NCBI GenBank assembly: GCA_963761335.1
Contig: CAVXGR010000017.1
Span: 318,093 to 382,092, forward strand
From: an uncultured delta proteobacterium
GTDB lineage: Bacteria > Desulfobacterota > Binatia > HRBIN30 > BPIQ01
Direction: 5' to 3'
DNA length: 64,000 nucleotides
Below the pieces are notes generated by a model that saw only the letters and a program-made list of their open reading frames with translations, did no database searches and was not told the origin of the DNA. A program made the translations under genes and the position numbers. Position 1 is the stretch's first letter. Every line of letters begins with the position of its first letter. Of the stretch, positions 27,878 through 37,147 are shown piece by piece.

Positions 27878-30352
27878 CTACGGCGCCACCGGGTTGCACG
27901 GCTGCGCATCGCCGAAGGGGATCTCATAAGGCTCGGCGGCGTCGCAGATGCCGTGGCAGAAGTTCTCGATCATGCCGCCGGGCTGCAGGAACGTGGTCAC
28001 CTGGTCGATCGACGCCGGGATGGTCAGACGAATCGGATGAGGATCGCAGCCGCTCGGAGTCGCCTGCTCGTTGGCGAGCGGCGGGATGAACGGCTGATGC
28101 GCCGGGTTGTTCAGGTCGAAGGACCCGGTGTCGTAGATCTCCAGCGCCGACGGCAGCGGTCCCGGCTCGTCGGGGATCAACGGCAGATTGGCGAGCCGCG
28201 AGCCCACGAGATTCGGCAGCCCGAGGGTGCGCGCAGTGATCTCGGAGCCCTGGTTGGAGACCTGCTGGTCGAGGAAGGCGACGGTCATCAGCACGTTCTT
28301 GGCGTTGGTTCCCGGAAGCGGGTTCTTGGTGATGTGCGTGGCGTAGCCGGCCGACTCGCCGCGCGCCCACAGCTCGTGTGTGATCCCCAGGGCGAGCGCC
28401 TGCTTCATCGGATCGTCGAGGCCGGTGAGCTCGAGCACGTTCTCGAAGTCGATGAACGGCGTCGCCCGCTGCAGGAGAAGCGAGAAGTTGATCGAGCCGA
28501 CGTCGATGTTGACGCGCTGCACGTCCGGAGAGAGGGCACTGAACATGAGTCCCATGATGCCGCCCAGGCTGATGCCGTAGTAGTAGCCCGGCTGCTGCGG
28601 TCCGATGAACACGCCCGTCCCCGTCGGCGTCTGGAACTGCGGTGCGGTGTTGAAGGCGCCGCTGTGCATCATGTGGGCGAGGAGCAGGGCGTTGAGCTGT
28701 CCCTGGCGCAGGCGGTCGGCGAGGGCGGCGATGTTCTTCAGCTGGAAGGTGATCTGGCTGACGACGAAGCTGGTGGCGAAGCCGTTGATGTCGGGAGCCG
28801 AGAGGCCGCGCCAGTCGGTGGCGCCGCCGACGTAATCCAGCTGTGCCGACTGCGGCGCGGCCAGCAGCAGGGACATGATCTCGCTGCCGCTCTGGAAGAG
28901 CCCGTGGCCGACGTACAGGAAGGGCCGCGGCTGGCCGCCGTTGTCCAGCGCCGTGCACGGAATGGAGATGGTGAACGGCGCGTTGGTGAAGCCGTTCTGC
29001 ACCGGCGTGCCGTTCTCGTCGACGTTGAGGACGCCGGGGGTGACCGGATCGGTCACCGGATCCGAGGTGAGGAACAGCGGCACCTCGTAGGTGCCGTCGA
29101 CGCGGCGCCAGAGCCCCGGTTGCGAGCAGTCGTTCTCGCTGACGCGGTCGACGTGAAACGTCTGTTCCTGCTGCTGATCGAACCAGGCGAAGGCCTGATC
29201 GCGCATCGACAGCATCTGCCCGGTCAGCCCCTGGTCGCTCTGCACGACGAAGTCGAAGGCGAGGATCAGGTCGCTGCGCGGCACGCCGGCGGCGTCCAAC
29301 GACGCGAAGAGGTCCTCGAAGTGCGCCCGGCGCGACTCGAGCGCGGCGATGTCGCTCGGGCGCCCGTCGCGCAGCGCCGCGAACACCGGCTCGGGCTCGA
29401 CCGGGCTGCCATCCGCATGCACGAGGTGTCGGGCGGCGACGATGTAGTGGTGTCCGGGGGTGAGGCTGATGCCGGGTCGCAGGAAGATCACCTGGCGCGC
29501 CGACGTCGTCGCGTGTGCATCGGGCTCGATGAAATGGATGATGTGCTCTCCCGAGTCGGCGTCGATCAGCACCGTGGGACTGTCCGCGTCGAGCGAGCGC
29601 AGCCCGTAGGTGCGCGTTTCCGGCAGCAGCCGTGATGCATTCGACAGCGCCGGGTCGACGCCGCCGGGGAAGTGCATGAGGATCTGCACCGTCGGGCTGA
29701 AGCCGTCGAGCTCACTGTACGAGCTTGCCAGCAGCGGACCTGACTGCTGTGCCGGCATCCCGGACTGCGGAAAATCGAGGCGCCAGCCGGTGGGTGTGTC
29801 GGCGGCGGTCAGGAACCTCGAAGAGGGGTAGGGGAGCATGCACTCGGCGTCGTTGAGGATCTCGCACTCCTCCGGATCCTGCAGAGCCACCGTCTCGAAG
29901 GAGACCTGCGCGTCCAGCGGCGTGTCGCCGGCGCTGACTTCGGCAGTCAGGGTGTGCTGCCCCGCGGCGACGCCGTCGAGAGTGCCGCTCACTTCATCCC
30001 CGGAGGTCTGCAGCTGATCGGTCACCGGCTCGCCGTCGAGTCGGACGACGAGGCTGCCGGGCGACGCATTCGCCGGCATCGGCAGGCTGACGGCGACGGC
30101 GCCGGCGAGAGACAGTTGATCCGCCTGCGGCTGCGAGAAGTCCAGCGACTGCGGAGTCGCCGTCGGCGTTGCCTCCGCCGGAGTGTCGGTTGCCGGTGCG
30201 GTCGGCGTGGCCGCTATGGCTGTCGGCGTGGCGACCGAGGTCGGCTGCGGATTGGATGCATCACAGCCCGCGATGAGCACCATCGTGATGACAGCGGAAG
30301 CGATGGCCGCTCCCTGGAACGCCGACGCGAGTGATCTTCTCGGAATCTTCAT
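27878..30352 (-). CDS. Large lipoprotein with Pro/Thr linker and alpha/beta-hydrolase-like C-terminal domain
   Basis: LIAGC lipobox; TPT-rich linker; PYPS, LDGFSP, GHGLF, YYGISLGG (GxSxG), DQQV, DPH. Confidence 0.72.
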   Translation of the reverse strand: MKIPRRSLASAFQGAAIASAVITMVLIAGCDASNPQPTSVATPTAIAATPTAPATDTPAEATPTATPQSLDFSQPQADQLSLAGAVAVSLPMPANASPGSLVVRLDGEPVTDQLQTSGDEVSGTLDGVAAGQHTLTAEVSAGDTPLDAQVSFETVALQDPEECEILNDAECMLPYPSSRFLTAADTPTGWRLDFPQSGMPAQQSGPLLASSYSELDGFSPTVQILMHFPGGVDPALSNASRLLPETRTYGLRSLDADSPTVLIDADSGEHIIHFIEPDAHATTSARQVIFLRPGISLTPGHHYIVAARHLVHADGSPVEPEPVFAALRDGRPSDIAALESRRAHFEDLFASLDAAGVPRSDLILAFDFVVQSDQGLTGQMLSMRDQAFAWFDQQQEQTFHVDRVSENDCSQPGLWRRVDGTYEVPLFLTSDPVTDPVTPGVLNVDENGTPVQNGFTNAPFTISIPCTALDNGGQPRPFLYVGHGLFQSGSEIMSLLLAAPQSAQLDYVGGATDWRGLSAPDINGFATSFVVSQITFQLKNIAALADRLRQGQLNALLLAHMMHSGAFNTAPQFQTPTGTGVFIGPQQPGYYYGISLGGIMGLMFSALSPDVQRVNIDVGSINFSLLLQRATPFIDFENVLELTGLDDPMKQALALGITHELWARGESAGYATHITKNPLPGTNAKNVLMTVAFLDQQVSNQGSEITARTLGLPNLVGSRLANLPLIPDEPGPLPSALEIYDTGSFDLNNPAHQPFIPPLANEQATPSGCDPHPIRLTIPASIDQVTTFLQPGGMIENFCHGICDAAEPYEIPFGDAQPCNPVAP

Positions 30353-30411
30353 ACTCCCCCCTCTGGATAACCTTGGCACCATATGCGCAGCGCACCGCTT
30401 TTCCAAGTCCT

Positions 30412-30471
30412 GGGAGCGCGGTCATCCTGGCCGCTTCTGTCTTTCGGGTCGGCCAAGATGGCCGCGCTCCC
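30412..30471. repeat. REP-like inverted repeat (GGGAGCGCGG..CCGCGCTCCC family)
   Basis: GGGAGCGCGGTCATCCTGGCCG pairs with CGGCCAAGATGGCCGCGCTCCC. Confidence 0.75.
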
Positions 30472-30521
30472 CACGGCGGCCGGGCTGGCCGGGCTCCCGC
30501 GGGGTCTGCTACGACGTTCCC

Positions 30522-30968
30522 ATGGAGATCTGGGAGCTGACGGCGCGGGAGCTGATCCGCGACACCGTCGTCCGCTACGCCCACTGTGCCGACGGCGGCC
30601 GTTTCGAGGAGATGGTCGAGCTGTTCACCGAAGACGGGGTCCTCGAGATCGAGGGCCGCGAGCCACTCCGCGGTCGGGATGCCATCCGCGATTTTCTCAC
30701 CGGCACCCGCACCAGCCTGGCGACCACTCTGGCGCGGCCGTTCATCCGCCATCACGTCTCGAGCCTGCAGATCGACCTCGACGGGCCGGACGAGGCGCGG
30801 GCGGCGAGCTACTTCCTGGCGATCACCGAGCGCGGCCCGGACCACTGGGGTCGCTATCGCGACCAGCTGGTGCGCGCCGGTGAGCGCTGGCTGTTCCGCC
30901 GCCGCCGGGTGCGCCCCGACGGGCACGCGCCCGGCTCGTGGCGCGCCAGCCGCGCCGAGAAGGCCTGA
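30522..30968 (+). CDS. SnoaL-like / NTF2-family protein
   Basis: IRDTVVRYAH..DG, LFTEDG, GRDAI, RHHVS, GRYRD.L.R...RWLF..R. Confidence 0.88.
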   Translation: MEIWELTARELIRDTVVRYAHCADGGRFEEMVELFTEDGVLEIEGREPLRGRDAIRDFLTGTRTSLATTLARPFIRHHVSSLQIDLDGPDEARAASYFLAITERGPDHWGRYRDQLVRAGERWLFRRRRVRPDGHAPGSWRASRAEKA

Positions 30969-30980
30969 AGGCCGGCGCCC

Positions 30981-32234
30981 TCAGCCGAACCCGAGGTGTA
31001 GCAGGGCGATGAAGATTCCGATCAGACCGCCGACCACCGCTCCGTTCAGACGGATGAACTGCAGGTCGGCGCCGACGCGCTCCTCGATCTTCGCCACCAG
31101 GGTCGCGGTCTCGAGCGCTTCGAGGTTTTCGCGCACGGTCAGGCCGATCTGGTGGTGGTGGCGGCGCAGCAGGTCTTCGGCGGTGCTGCGAACCCATTGG
31201 TCGAACAGTGCGCGCCGCTCCGGCTCGGCGAGCAGCTCGAGGACGGCGCCGTGCAGCTTGCGGTCGACCAGGTCGGACAGATAGCTGCCGTCGTCGCCGA
31301 GATCCTCCTCGATCTGGTGGCGCAGCTGTCCGAGCAGCTCGCGCACCAGCGGCGCCGCTTCCAGGCTCTCGACGATGGCGGTGCGGACCTTCTCCACCTT
31401 CTCGAGCGCGGCGGCGTCCCCGGCGGCCATGCGCTCCGCGAAGCGCTGCACGCCGCCGAAGACGTAGTGGCGCAGCGGATGCTGGCGGTTCGAGGCGGCG
31501 TTGAGTAGCTCGCTGGTGGCGTAGTCGCGAGCGGCCTCGACGATCTTCCGCTGCACGAGCTTGCGGCGCAGGATCAGCGGGATGAGGCGCTTGCCTTCGC
31601 TGTGCAGCTGGCGCGCCGAGCGGTTGAGCCACATCTGCAGGCTGTCGGCCGTCTGTTCTCGGGCCGCCAGGTTGGCCAGAGAGAGCGCCGTGGACTCGAA
31701 GGCGACGGCGGCGCTCTCGCTGCCGGCCACGCGCGAGAGCCAGCTGCCGGCCATCGCGTCGATCGGCAGCTGGCGCAGCTCGCGCTGCAGCATGCGTTCG
31801 ACGAACTCGACGACCTCGTCCTCGGAGAGCATGCGCGCCAGTCCGCGAAGCAGGTCGCGCACCGGACCGCCGAGACGGCGCACGTGTCCGGGATCTCTCA
31901 GCCAATCGACGATCGCCTGGCTCGGGGCAATGCGCCGCAGGCGGGCGCCGATCACGTCCGGCGCCAGCCACTCGGTCTCGACCATGGAGACGATGCCTTC
32001 GATGATCTTGTCGCGGCGCTCGGCGATGATCGCCGTGTGCGGGATCGGCAGCCCCAGGGGGTGGCGGAACATGGCGGTGACCGCGAACCAGTCCGCCAGT
32101 CCGCCGACGGTCGCCGCCTCGAAGCCGCCGGCGAGGACGTGCAGCCAGGTGGAGCCGGCGAAGGGGCCGACACCGAGGGCGATCCGGCAGGCGACGGCGC
32201 CGAGCACGGCGGCCAGCAGCGAGACGGCGCCCAC
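30981..32234 (-). CDS. DUF445 family membrane protein
   Basis: EAATVGGLADWFAVTAMFRHPLGLPIPHTAII; VGADLQFIRLNGAVVGG; start uncertain. Confidence 0.9.
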   Translation of the reverse strand: MGAVSLLAAVLGAVACRIALGVGPFAGSTWLHVLAGGFEAATVGGLADWFAVTAMFRHPLGLPIPHTAIIAERRDKIIEGIVSMVETEWLAPDVIGARLRRIAPSQAIVDWLRDPGHVRRLGGPVRDLLRGLARMLSEDEVVEFVERMLQRELRQLPIDAMAGSWLSRVAGSESAAVAFESTALSLANLAAREQTADSLQMWLNRSARQLHSEGKRLIPLILRRKLVQRKIVEAARDYATSELLNAASNRQHPLRHYVFGGVQRFAERMAAGDAAALEKVEKVRTAIVESLEAAPLVRELLGQLRHQIEEDLGDDGSYLSDLVDRKLHGAVLELLAEPERRALFDQWVRSTAEDLLRRHHHQIGLTVRENLEALETATLVAKIEERVGADLQFIRLNGAVVGGLIGIFIALLHLGFG

Positions 32235-32274
32235 ATGGTTGCGCCGCCGGCTTGGCGACGGCTTCTCCAACGGC

Positions 32275-32823
32275 TCAGGAGAAGGAGCGGGCGAACAGCT
32301 CCTCGACAGCCTTGCGGCCGCTGTCGCGGAGATGGCGGGTGCCGGTGCCGGCGAAGTGCGCATGGCCGATGGTCGGAGCCGCGGCCGGCTCCCAGCGAGT
32401 ACCGGTCCAGTGATTCCAGGCCTCGTGATCCTGATCGAAGACGAAGAGCGGCTTGTTGCACAGCTTGGCGAACTCCGCGCCCCAGCCGGTGCCGCCCTTG
32501 ACGGTGCCATCGTCGAGCACCTTGCCGACGACGTAGATCTCCTGGGCGTTGTTGATCTGGTGCCAGATCACCTGCAGCACCTTCTTGATGTACTCGGTGT
32601 CCGGAAAGCGCCGATTCATGAGCTTGGCGACATAGGCGAGGCTCACGTCTCCCTGCATCAGCTCGGCGTGGGTCAGCGTGCGCACGCCGCGGGTGCGCTC
32701 GATCTTGTGATCCTCGAAAGTGAAGTTGACCTCTTCGATCCCGTATCGCTCCGCGAGCGCGCCAAAGCTCGCCTCGGCGCCCCGCAGGCCTCCGCTGTAG
32801 AGTACGCATTCACTGGGTTTCAT
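32275..32823 (-). CDS. Conserved hypothetical protein, SLOG-superfamily-like
   Basis: LYSGG..GAE..F, VKGGTGWGAEFAK...KPLFVFDQ, FAGTGTR motifs. Confidence 0.7.
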   Translation of the reverse strand: MKPSECVLYSGGLRGAEASFGALAERYGIEEVNFTFEDHKIERTRGVRTLTHAELMQGDVSLAYVAKLMNRRFPDTEYIKKVLQVIWHQINNAQEIYVVGKVLDDGTVKGGTGWGAEFAKLCNKPLFVFDQDHEAWNHWTGTRWEPAAAPTIGHAHFAGTGTRHLRDSGRKAVEELFARSFS

Positions 32824-33072
32824 CGTGCCTGATCCTTTCCGCCGCGTTCCGCTGGGCACGTCGCCGTGGGTACTGAAGAGACGGCGCGGCTCCTTAATGA
32901 AATGTCCAACCCGCGCCGCGAAAGCAAGGGCGCCCGCCGGGAGGTCCGAGGCTGTCCGAAGAACCCTTCCCGCGCCTCGCCCGTGCCCTGCGCCCGTTCC
33001 CGGATCGGGCGGCTCTGAGCGTTGGTGACATCTTGACTTCCGGACACCAGTCCCGTCTCCTGCGGCGGGGGC

Positions 33073-34050
33073 TTGGATCGCGTGTCTGTGGTGAACTGCT
33101 CCGCCTATGCGGACGGGCGCAAGGTGGCATCTCCGTCGGTCGATGAGATCAGCGAGGTGCTGCGCCTGCCGGACCAGTTCGTGTGGATCGGTCTGCGCGA
33201 GCCGACGGAGGAGCTGCTGCGCAAGGTGCAGGCGGAGTTCGGTCTCCACGACCTCGCCGTCGAGGACGCTCTGCGCGCCCATCAGCGCCCCAAGCTCGAG
33301 GAGTACGGCGAATCGATCTTTCTGGTGCTGCGCACCGCGCAGCTCGAGGGGGAGCAGATCGCCTTCGGGGAGACGCACATCTTCGCCGGGCCGCGCTACG
33401 TGGTCACCGTCCGCCACGGCCCCTCCATGTCCTACGCCGAGGTCCGGGCCCGCTGCGAGAGCACGCCGGCGCTGCTGCGGCGCGGTCCTGGCGCCGTCCT
33501 CTACGCCCTCATGGATTTCATCGTCGACCACTACCTGCCGGTCTCCGAGGCGCTCGAGGAGCGGCTGACGGATCTGGAGGAGGAGATCTTCAGCGACGCT
33601 CTCAGCCGGCAGACCACCGAGCACGTCTACGCGATCAAGCGCGACATCGCCGGTTTCAGGCGCATCGTCTCGCCGCTGATCGAGGTGTGTCACCGCCTCA
33701 TGCGCGCCGACATGTCGCTGATTCCCGAGGACACGCGCGTCTACTTCCGCGACGTCTACGACCATGTGCTGCGCGTCAACGAGGCAAGCGACCACCAGCG
33801 CGAGCTGCTGTCGTCGGCGCTGGAGGCGAACCTCTCGCTGATATCGGTCGCCCAGAACGAGGTGATGAAGAAGCTCGCCGGATGGGCGGCAATCCTCGCC
33901 GTCCCCACGCTCCTGGCGGGGATCTACGGCATGAACTTCGAGTTCATGCCGGAGCTGCACTGGCACTACGGGTACTTCGCCATCATCGGTGGCATGTTCG
34001 CTCTCTGCGGCTTCCTCTACAGCCGCTTCCGCCGCGCCGGCTGGCTGTGA
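33073..34050 (+). CDS. corA: Magnesium/cobalt transporter CorA
   Basis: FGLHDLAVED...HQRPKLE, YFRDVYDH, QNEVMKKL, GIYGMNF..MPEL. Confidence 0.93.
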   Translation: MDRVSVVNCSAYADGRKVASPSVDEISEVLRLPDQFVWIGLREPTEELLRKVQAEFGLHDLAVEDALRAHQRPKLEEYGESIFLVLRTAQLEGEQIAFGETHIFAGPRYVVTVRHGPSMSYAEVRARCESTPALLRRGPGAVLYALMDFIVDHYLPVSEALEERLTDLEEEIFSDALSRQTTEHVYAIKRDIAGFRRIVSPLIEVCHRLMRADMSLIPEDTRVYFRDVYDHVLRVNEASDHQRELLSSALEANLSLISVAQNEVMKKLAGWAAILAVPTLLAGIYGMNFEFMPELHWHYGYFAIIGGMFALCGFLYSRFRRAGWL

Positions 34051-34066
34051 GCGGCGCTGCGGCGGG

Positions 34067-35044
34067 TCAGAGGTCGAGAATCAGCGCGAACATCAGCGGC
34101 GCCACGATGGTGGCGTCGGACTCGATGATGAACTTGGGGGTGTCGACGGACAGCTTCCCCCAGGTGATCTTCTCGTTCGGGTGGGCGCCCGAGTAGGAGC
34201 CGTAGCTCGTGGTCGAGTCACTGATCTGGCAGAAGTACGCCCAGCGGCGGATGTCGGTCATGCGCAGGTCCTGCTCGAGCATGGGCACGACGCAGATGGG
34301 AAAATCGCCGGCGATTCCGCCGCCGATCTGGAAGAAGCCGATGGGATGCGCCGGCGCCGTCTGCGTGTACCAGTGAGCCAGCTCGACCATGTACTCGATG
34401 CCGTTGCGCACCGTGTACGGCTTCTCGATGTCGCCCTTGTAGCAGCGGGCCGCGTACATGTTGCCGAGGGTCGAGTCCTCCCAGCCCGGCACGAACATGG
34501 GCAGGTTCTTTTCCGAGGCCGCCACCAGCCAGCTGTCCCGAGGATCGATCTGATAGTGCGGCTTCAGCTTGCCGCTGCGCAGCAGTCGATACATGAACTC
34601 GTGCGGGAAGTAGCGCTCGCCGCGCGCCTGGGCGCCATGCCACTCCTCGGCCACTTCCGCCTCGATGCGCCGCATCGCCTCCTCTTCGGGGATGCAGGTG
34701 TCGGTCACGCGGTTGAGGTGGCGGTCGAGAAGCGCCTGCTCGTCGTCCGGAGTGAGGTCGCGGTAGTGGGGGACGCGCTCGTAGTGCTCGTGCGCCACCA
34801 GATTGAAGACGTCCTCTTCCAGGTTGGCGCCGGTGCAGCTGATGGCGTGCACCTTGTCGCGGCGAATCATCTCCGCCAACGACAGCCCGAGCTCGCCGGT
34901 GCTCATTGCTCCCGCCATGGCGAGGAGCATCTGGCCGCCGCTGTCCAGGTGGCGTCTGTAGGCGTCCCCCGCATCCACCGCGGTCGCTGCGTTGAAGTGC
35001 CGGAAATGGCGGCGGATGAACTGCGAGATCGGTCGCTCAGGCAT
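34067..35044 (-). CDS. Deoxyhypusine synthase family protein
   Basis: AGAMST.ELG, TGANLEED, NRVTD, DSTLG, IGGGI, YGSYSGA.PNEKITWGK, SDATIV.PL. Confidence 0.9.
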   Translation of the reverse strand: MPERPISQFIRRHFRHFNAATAVDAGDAYRRHLDSGGQMLLAMAGAMSTGELGLSLAEMIRRDKVHAISCTGANLEEDVFNLVAHEHYERVPHYRDLTPDDEQALLDRHLNRVTDTCIPEEEAMRRIEAEVAEEWHGAQARGERYFPHEFMYRLLRSGKLKPHYQIDPRDSWLVAASEKNLPMFVPGWEDSTLGNMYAARCYKGDIEKPYTVRNGIEYMVELAHWYTQTAPAHPIGFFQIGGGIAGDFPICVVPMLEQDLRMTDIRRWAYFCQISDSTTSYGSYSGAHPNEKITWGKLSVDTPKFIIESDATIVAPLMFALILDL

Positions 35045-35106
35045 GGGAGGCCCGCTACCCTTGCAAACTCAGCAGCGATGTCAAGGGCAGGAGCGGCACT
35101 GCGGGT

Positions 35107-35201
35107 GGGGACAGGCTACTTTTGCCCGTCGACGTCATATGATGGCAACGATCGCGTTCGCAAAAGTTGCCTGTCCCCGATTTGGTTGTCCCCGATTTGG
35201 T
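35107..35201. repeat. REP-like inverted repeat with adjacent 15-bp tandem duplication
   Basis: GGGGACAGGCTACTTTTGC / GCAAAAGTTGCCTGTCCCC; TGTCCCCGATTTGGT twice (35172-35201). Confidence 0.8.
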
Positions 35202-35204
35202 GCG

Positions 35205-36977
35205 CTACTGCGCCGTGAAGACGATGCCGGCGTTGATGTCGGCGTTCGAGCTCAGCGCCGACTGGTCGAGAATCGAGACGGCGCTCACCAGCGCCGCACC
35301 GCTGAAGTTGCCGCTCAGCGCCTGCGGGCAGCTGAAGCGCGAGCCGTTCATCTCCAGGGCCTGCACGGTTCCCGGTAGCTGCTGGGTCGGGAAGGCGTCC
35401 ATGATCGTTGTCAGCGCGTTCGCCGTGGTCAACGGCACCTGGATCGTCTGCGAGGTGGGGCCACCGCTGCAGTTGCTCCCCGGCCCCTGGATGTCGATGG
35501 CGACGTTGACGATCGCAAAGGCGTCGCCCGGGAGCCACGGGGTAGTCCCCGAGGTGCCGATCAGCGGGCTGTTGCAGACGCCGGCGTGGGGCGTGCTCTC
35601 CAGCAGGGCGCTCGTCTGCGTCGTCGGGTCGGTGGCGCTGCAGGTCAGGTCCTCGGGCGCCGCCGGCACGCAGAGATTGGTGCTGGTGCTCAGCTTCGAG
35701 CCGGCGCCGAGATTGATGCCGCAATCGGTCCCCAGAGACCCGCTGTCGCAGCTGGTGCCGTTGGTGCAGTGGTCGACGTGCACGCGCAGGTCCGGGCTGG
35801 CGGGGAAGGGTGCCGGTGGCGGATTGCCGTAGCAGGTGAGAACGCCGCTCCCGGAGATACCGGAGCCCGGACGGGCGGGATCCTCTTGGAGATAGACGCA
35901 GACCGTCGCCACGCCGAAGACGTCGACCGGCGGCAGCGAAGCGGTCGGGATGTAGATCTCGTAGACTCCGGGGCTGTACTGGCCGCCGATGCTGACGTTG
36001 ATCTGGCCGCTCAGCCCGGCGAGCGGCAACTCCACGCCGTAACCGATGGCGCCGCGGGTGTCGACCAAGCTGTTGTTCGGGTCGATGTTGAAGGGGAAGG
36101 TGCTCGGGCAGGCGCACAGTGGCGTGCACTGGCCGGGGCACGCCGAGTCGTCGGCGCCGTCGCAGTCCTCCGAGTCCTGATTCTTGGCACCGTCACCACA
36201 GACCGGGTTGACCACCGAGGGCACGCAGAGCTCGTCCTCCTTGATGGTGTCGAGGGTTCCCGCACCCAGCTCGGCGCTGTTGGTGTGCACGCCGCTCAGG
36301 CGCACGTGCTTCGGCTCTCCCTTGGCGGGCTTCGCCTTGTAGCACATGAGATGACCGGAGGCGTTCTTGATGGGGGCGCCGGCGATGCTCACCGGAACGC
36401 AGAGGTGCTTGGGCGTCTTGATGTCGAGCTCGCGTGCCGCCGGGGTGAACTGGTCGGCGATCGAGCGCTGCACGCCCCTCGGGAACTTGATCGTCCCCTT
36501 GCTGACGCGCACCTTGTAGCACTTGTAGGCATCGACGTTGTTGGTGCCGGGAACGGCCGGCGGCGAGCTGAGATCGACGGCGGTCGGCACCAGGAGATAG
36601 TCGGGCTTGATGGTGTCGACGTACAGGGAGCCGAGCTGGTTGACGACGCGGATGTTGGTCTGCCGGACGTGCTTCGGTGATCCCGGCGTCGCCTTGATCT
36701 TGTAGGTCTCCAGGTGGGTGGCGGCGTCGATGATCCCCTCGGCCTCGTTGTCCGCCGGATTGCAGATGTGGAAAGGCTTCTTCAGGTCGAAGCTGCCGCT
36801 CTCGATGCTATCGCTCAGGCTCAGCGTCGTCTGCGCGAACTTGGGCGTGTTTCTGCTGACCTTGGATTTGTAGCAGAGAAAATGGTCGTCCGGCGATCCG
36901 GTCGGATTGGCGGCGTGCGCCGGCAGCGTCCACAGCGCGCATGCGGCCAGCGCCAGGGCGGTGGTGGCAAGTCTCAT
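35205..36977 (-). CDS. Secreted Cys-rich protein with HFxCYK...LCVP repeats
   Basis: Signal peptide (AHA); DHFLCYK, THLETYK, DAYKCYK, GHLMCYK units each followed by ICNP/LLVP/LCVP; CGDG..N...EDCDG Cys repeat. Confidence 0.78.
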   Translation of the reverse strand: MRLATTALALAACALWTLPAHAANPTGSPDDHFLCYKSKVSRNTPKFAQTTLSLSDSIESGSFDLKKPFHICNPADNEAEGIIDAATHLETYKIKATPGSPKHVRQTNIRVVNQLGSLYVDTIKPDYLLVPTAVDLSSPPAVPGTNNVDAYKCYKVRVSKGTIKFPRGVQRSIADQFTPAARELDIKTPKHLCVPVSIAGAPIKNASGHLMCYKAKPAKGEPKHVRLSGVHTNSAELGAGTLDTIKEDELCVPSVVNPVCGDGAKNQDSEDCDGADDSACPGQCTPLCACPSTFPFNIDPNNSLVDTRGAIGYGVELPLAGLSGQINVSIGGQYSPGVYEIYIPTASLPPVDVFGVATVCVYLQEDPARPGSGISGSGVLTCYGNPPPAPFPASPDLRVHVDHCTNGTSCDSGSLGTDCGINLGAGSKLSTSTNLCVPAAPEDLTCSATDPTTQTSALLESTPHAGVCNSPLIGTSGTTPWLPGDAFAIVNVAIDIQGPGSNCSGGPTSQTIQVPLTTANALTTIMDAFPTQQLPGTVQALEMNGSRFSCPQALSGNFSGAALVSAVSILDQSALSSNADINAGIVFTAQ

Positions 36978-37069
36978 CGGTTCCCCCTTTTTCTGGTGTT
37001 TCCCCCAACGTGCTGTGTAGCAGGGAAGCGCCACCTGGTCACGCGCTTTTCGCGGCAAGGCGGAAGGGC

Positions 37070-37139
37070 TGCGAGGGCGGCCGTCCCGGCCGCCTCTGCT
37101 CTCTGACGGCTGCGTGCGGCCGGCACGGCCGCCCTCGCA
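37070..37139. repeat. REP-like inverted repeat / possible terminator
   Basis: TGCGAGGGCGGCCGTCCCGGCCGC pairs with GCGGCCGGCACGGCCGCCCTCGCA. Confidence 0.7.
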
Positions 37140-37147
37140 ATACCCCT

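Noticed and set aside
30373..30390. Sigma54-like TGGCAC-N5-GCGC motif
   Set aside because: The -12 element departs from TTGC and no enhancer-binding protein is nearby; too weak to call
32824..33072. Possible Mg2+ riboswitch upstream of corA
   Set aside because: No M-box or other riboswitch consensus recognisable by eye; an Rfam/Infernal scan would be needed
32275..33966. 563-aa ORF
   Set aside because: The first ~380 codons are antisense to corA or intergenic; only 32275-32823 looks like a protein
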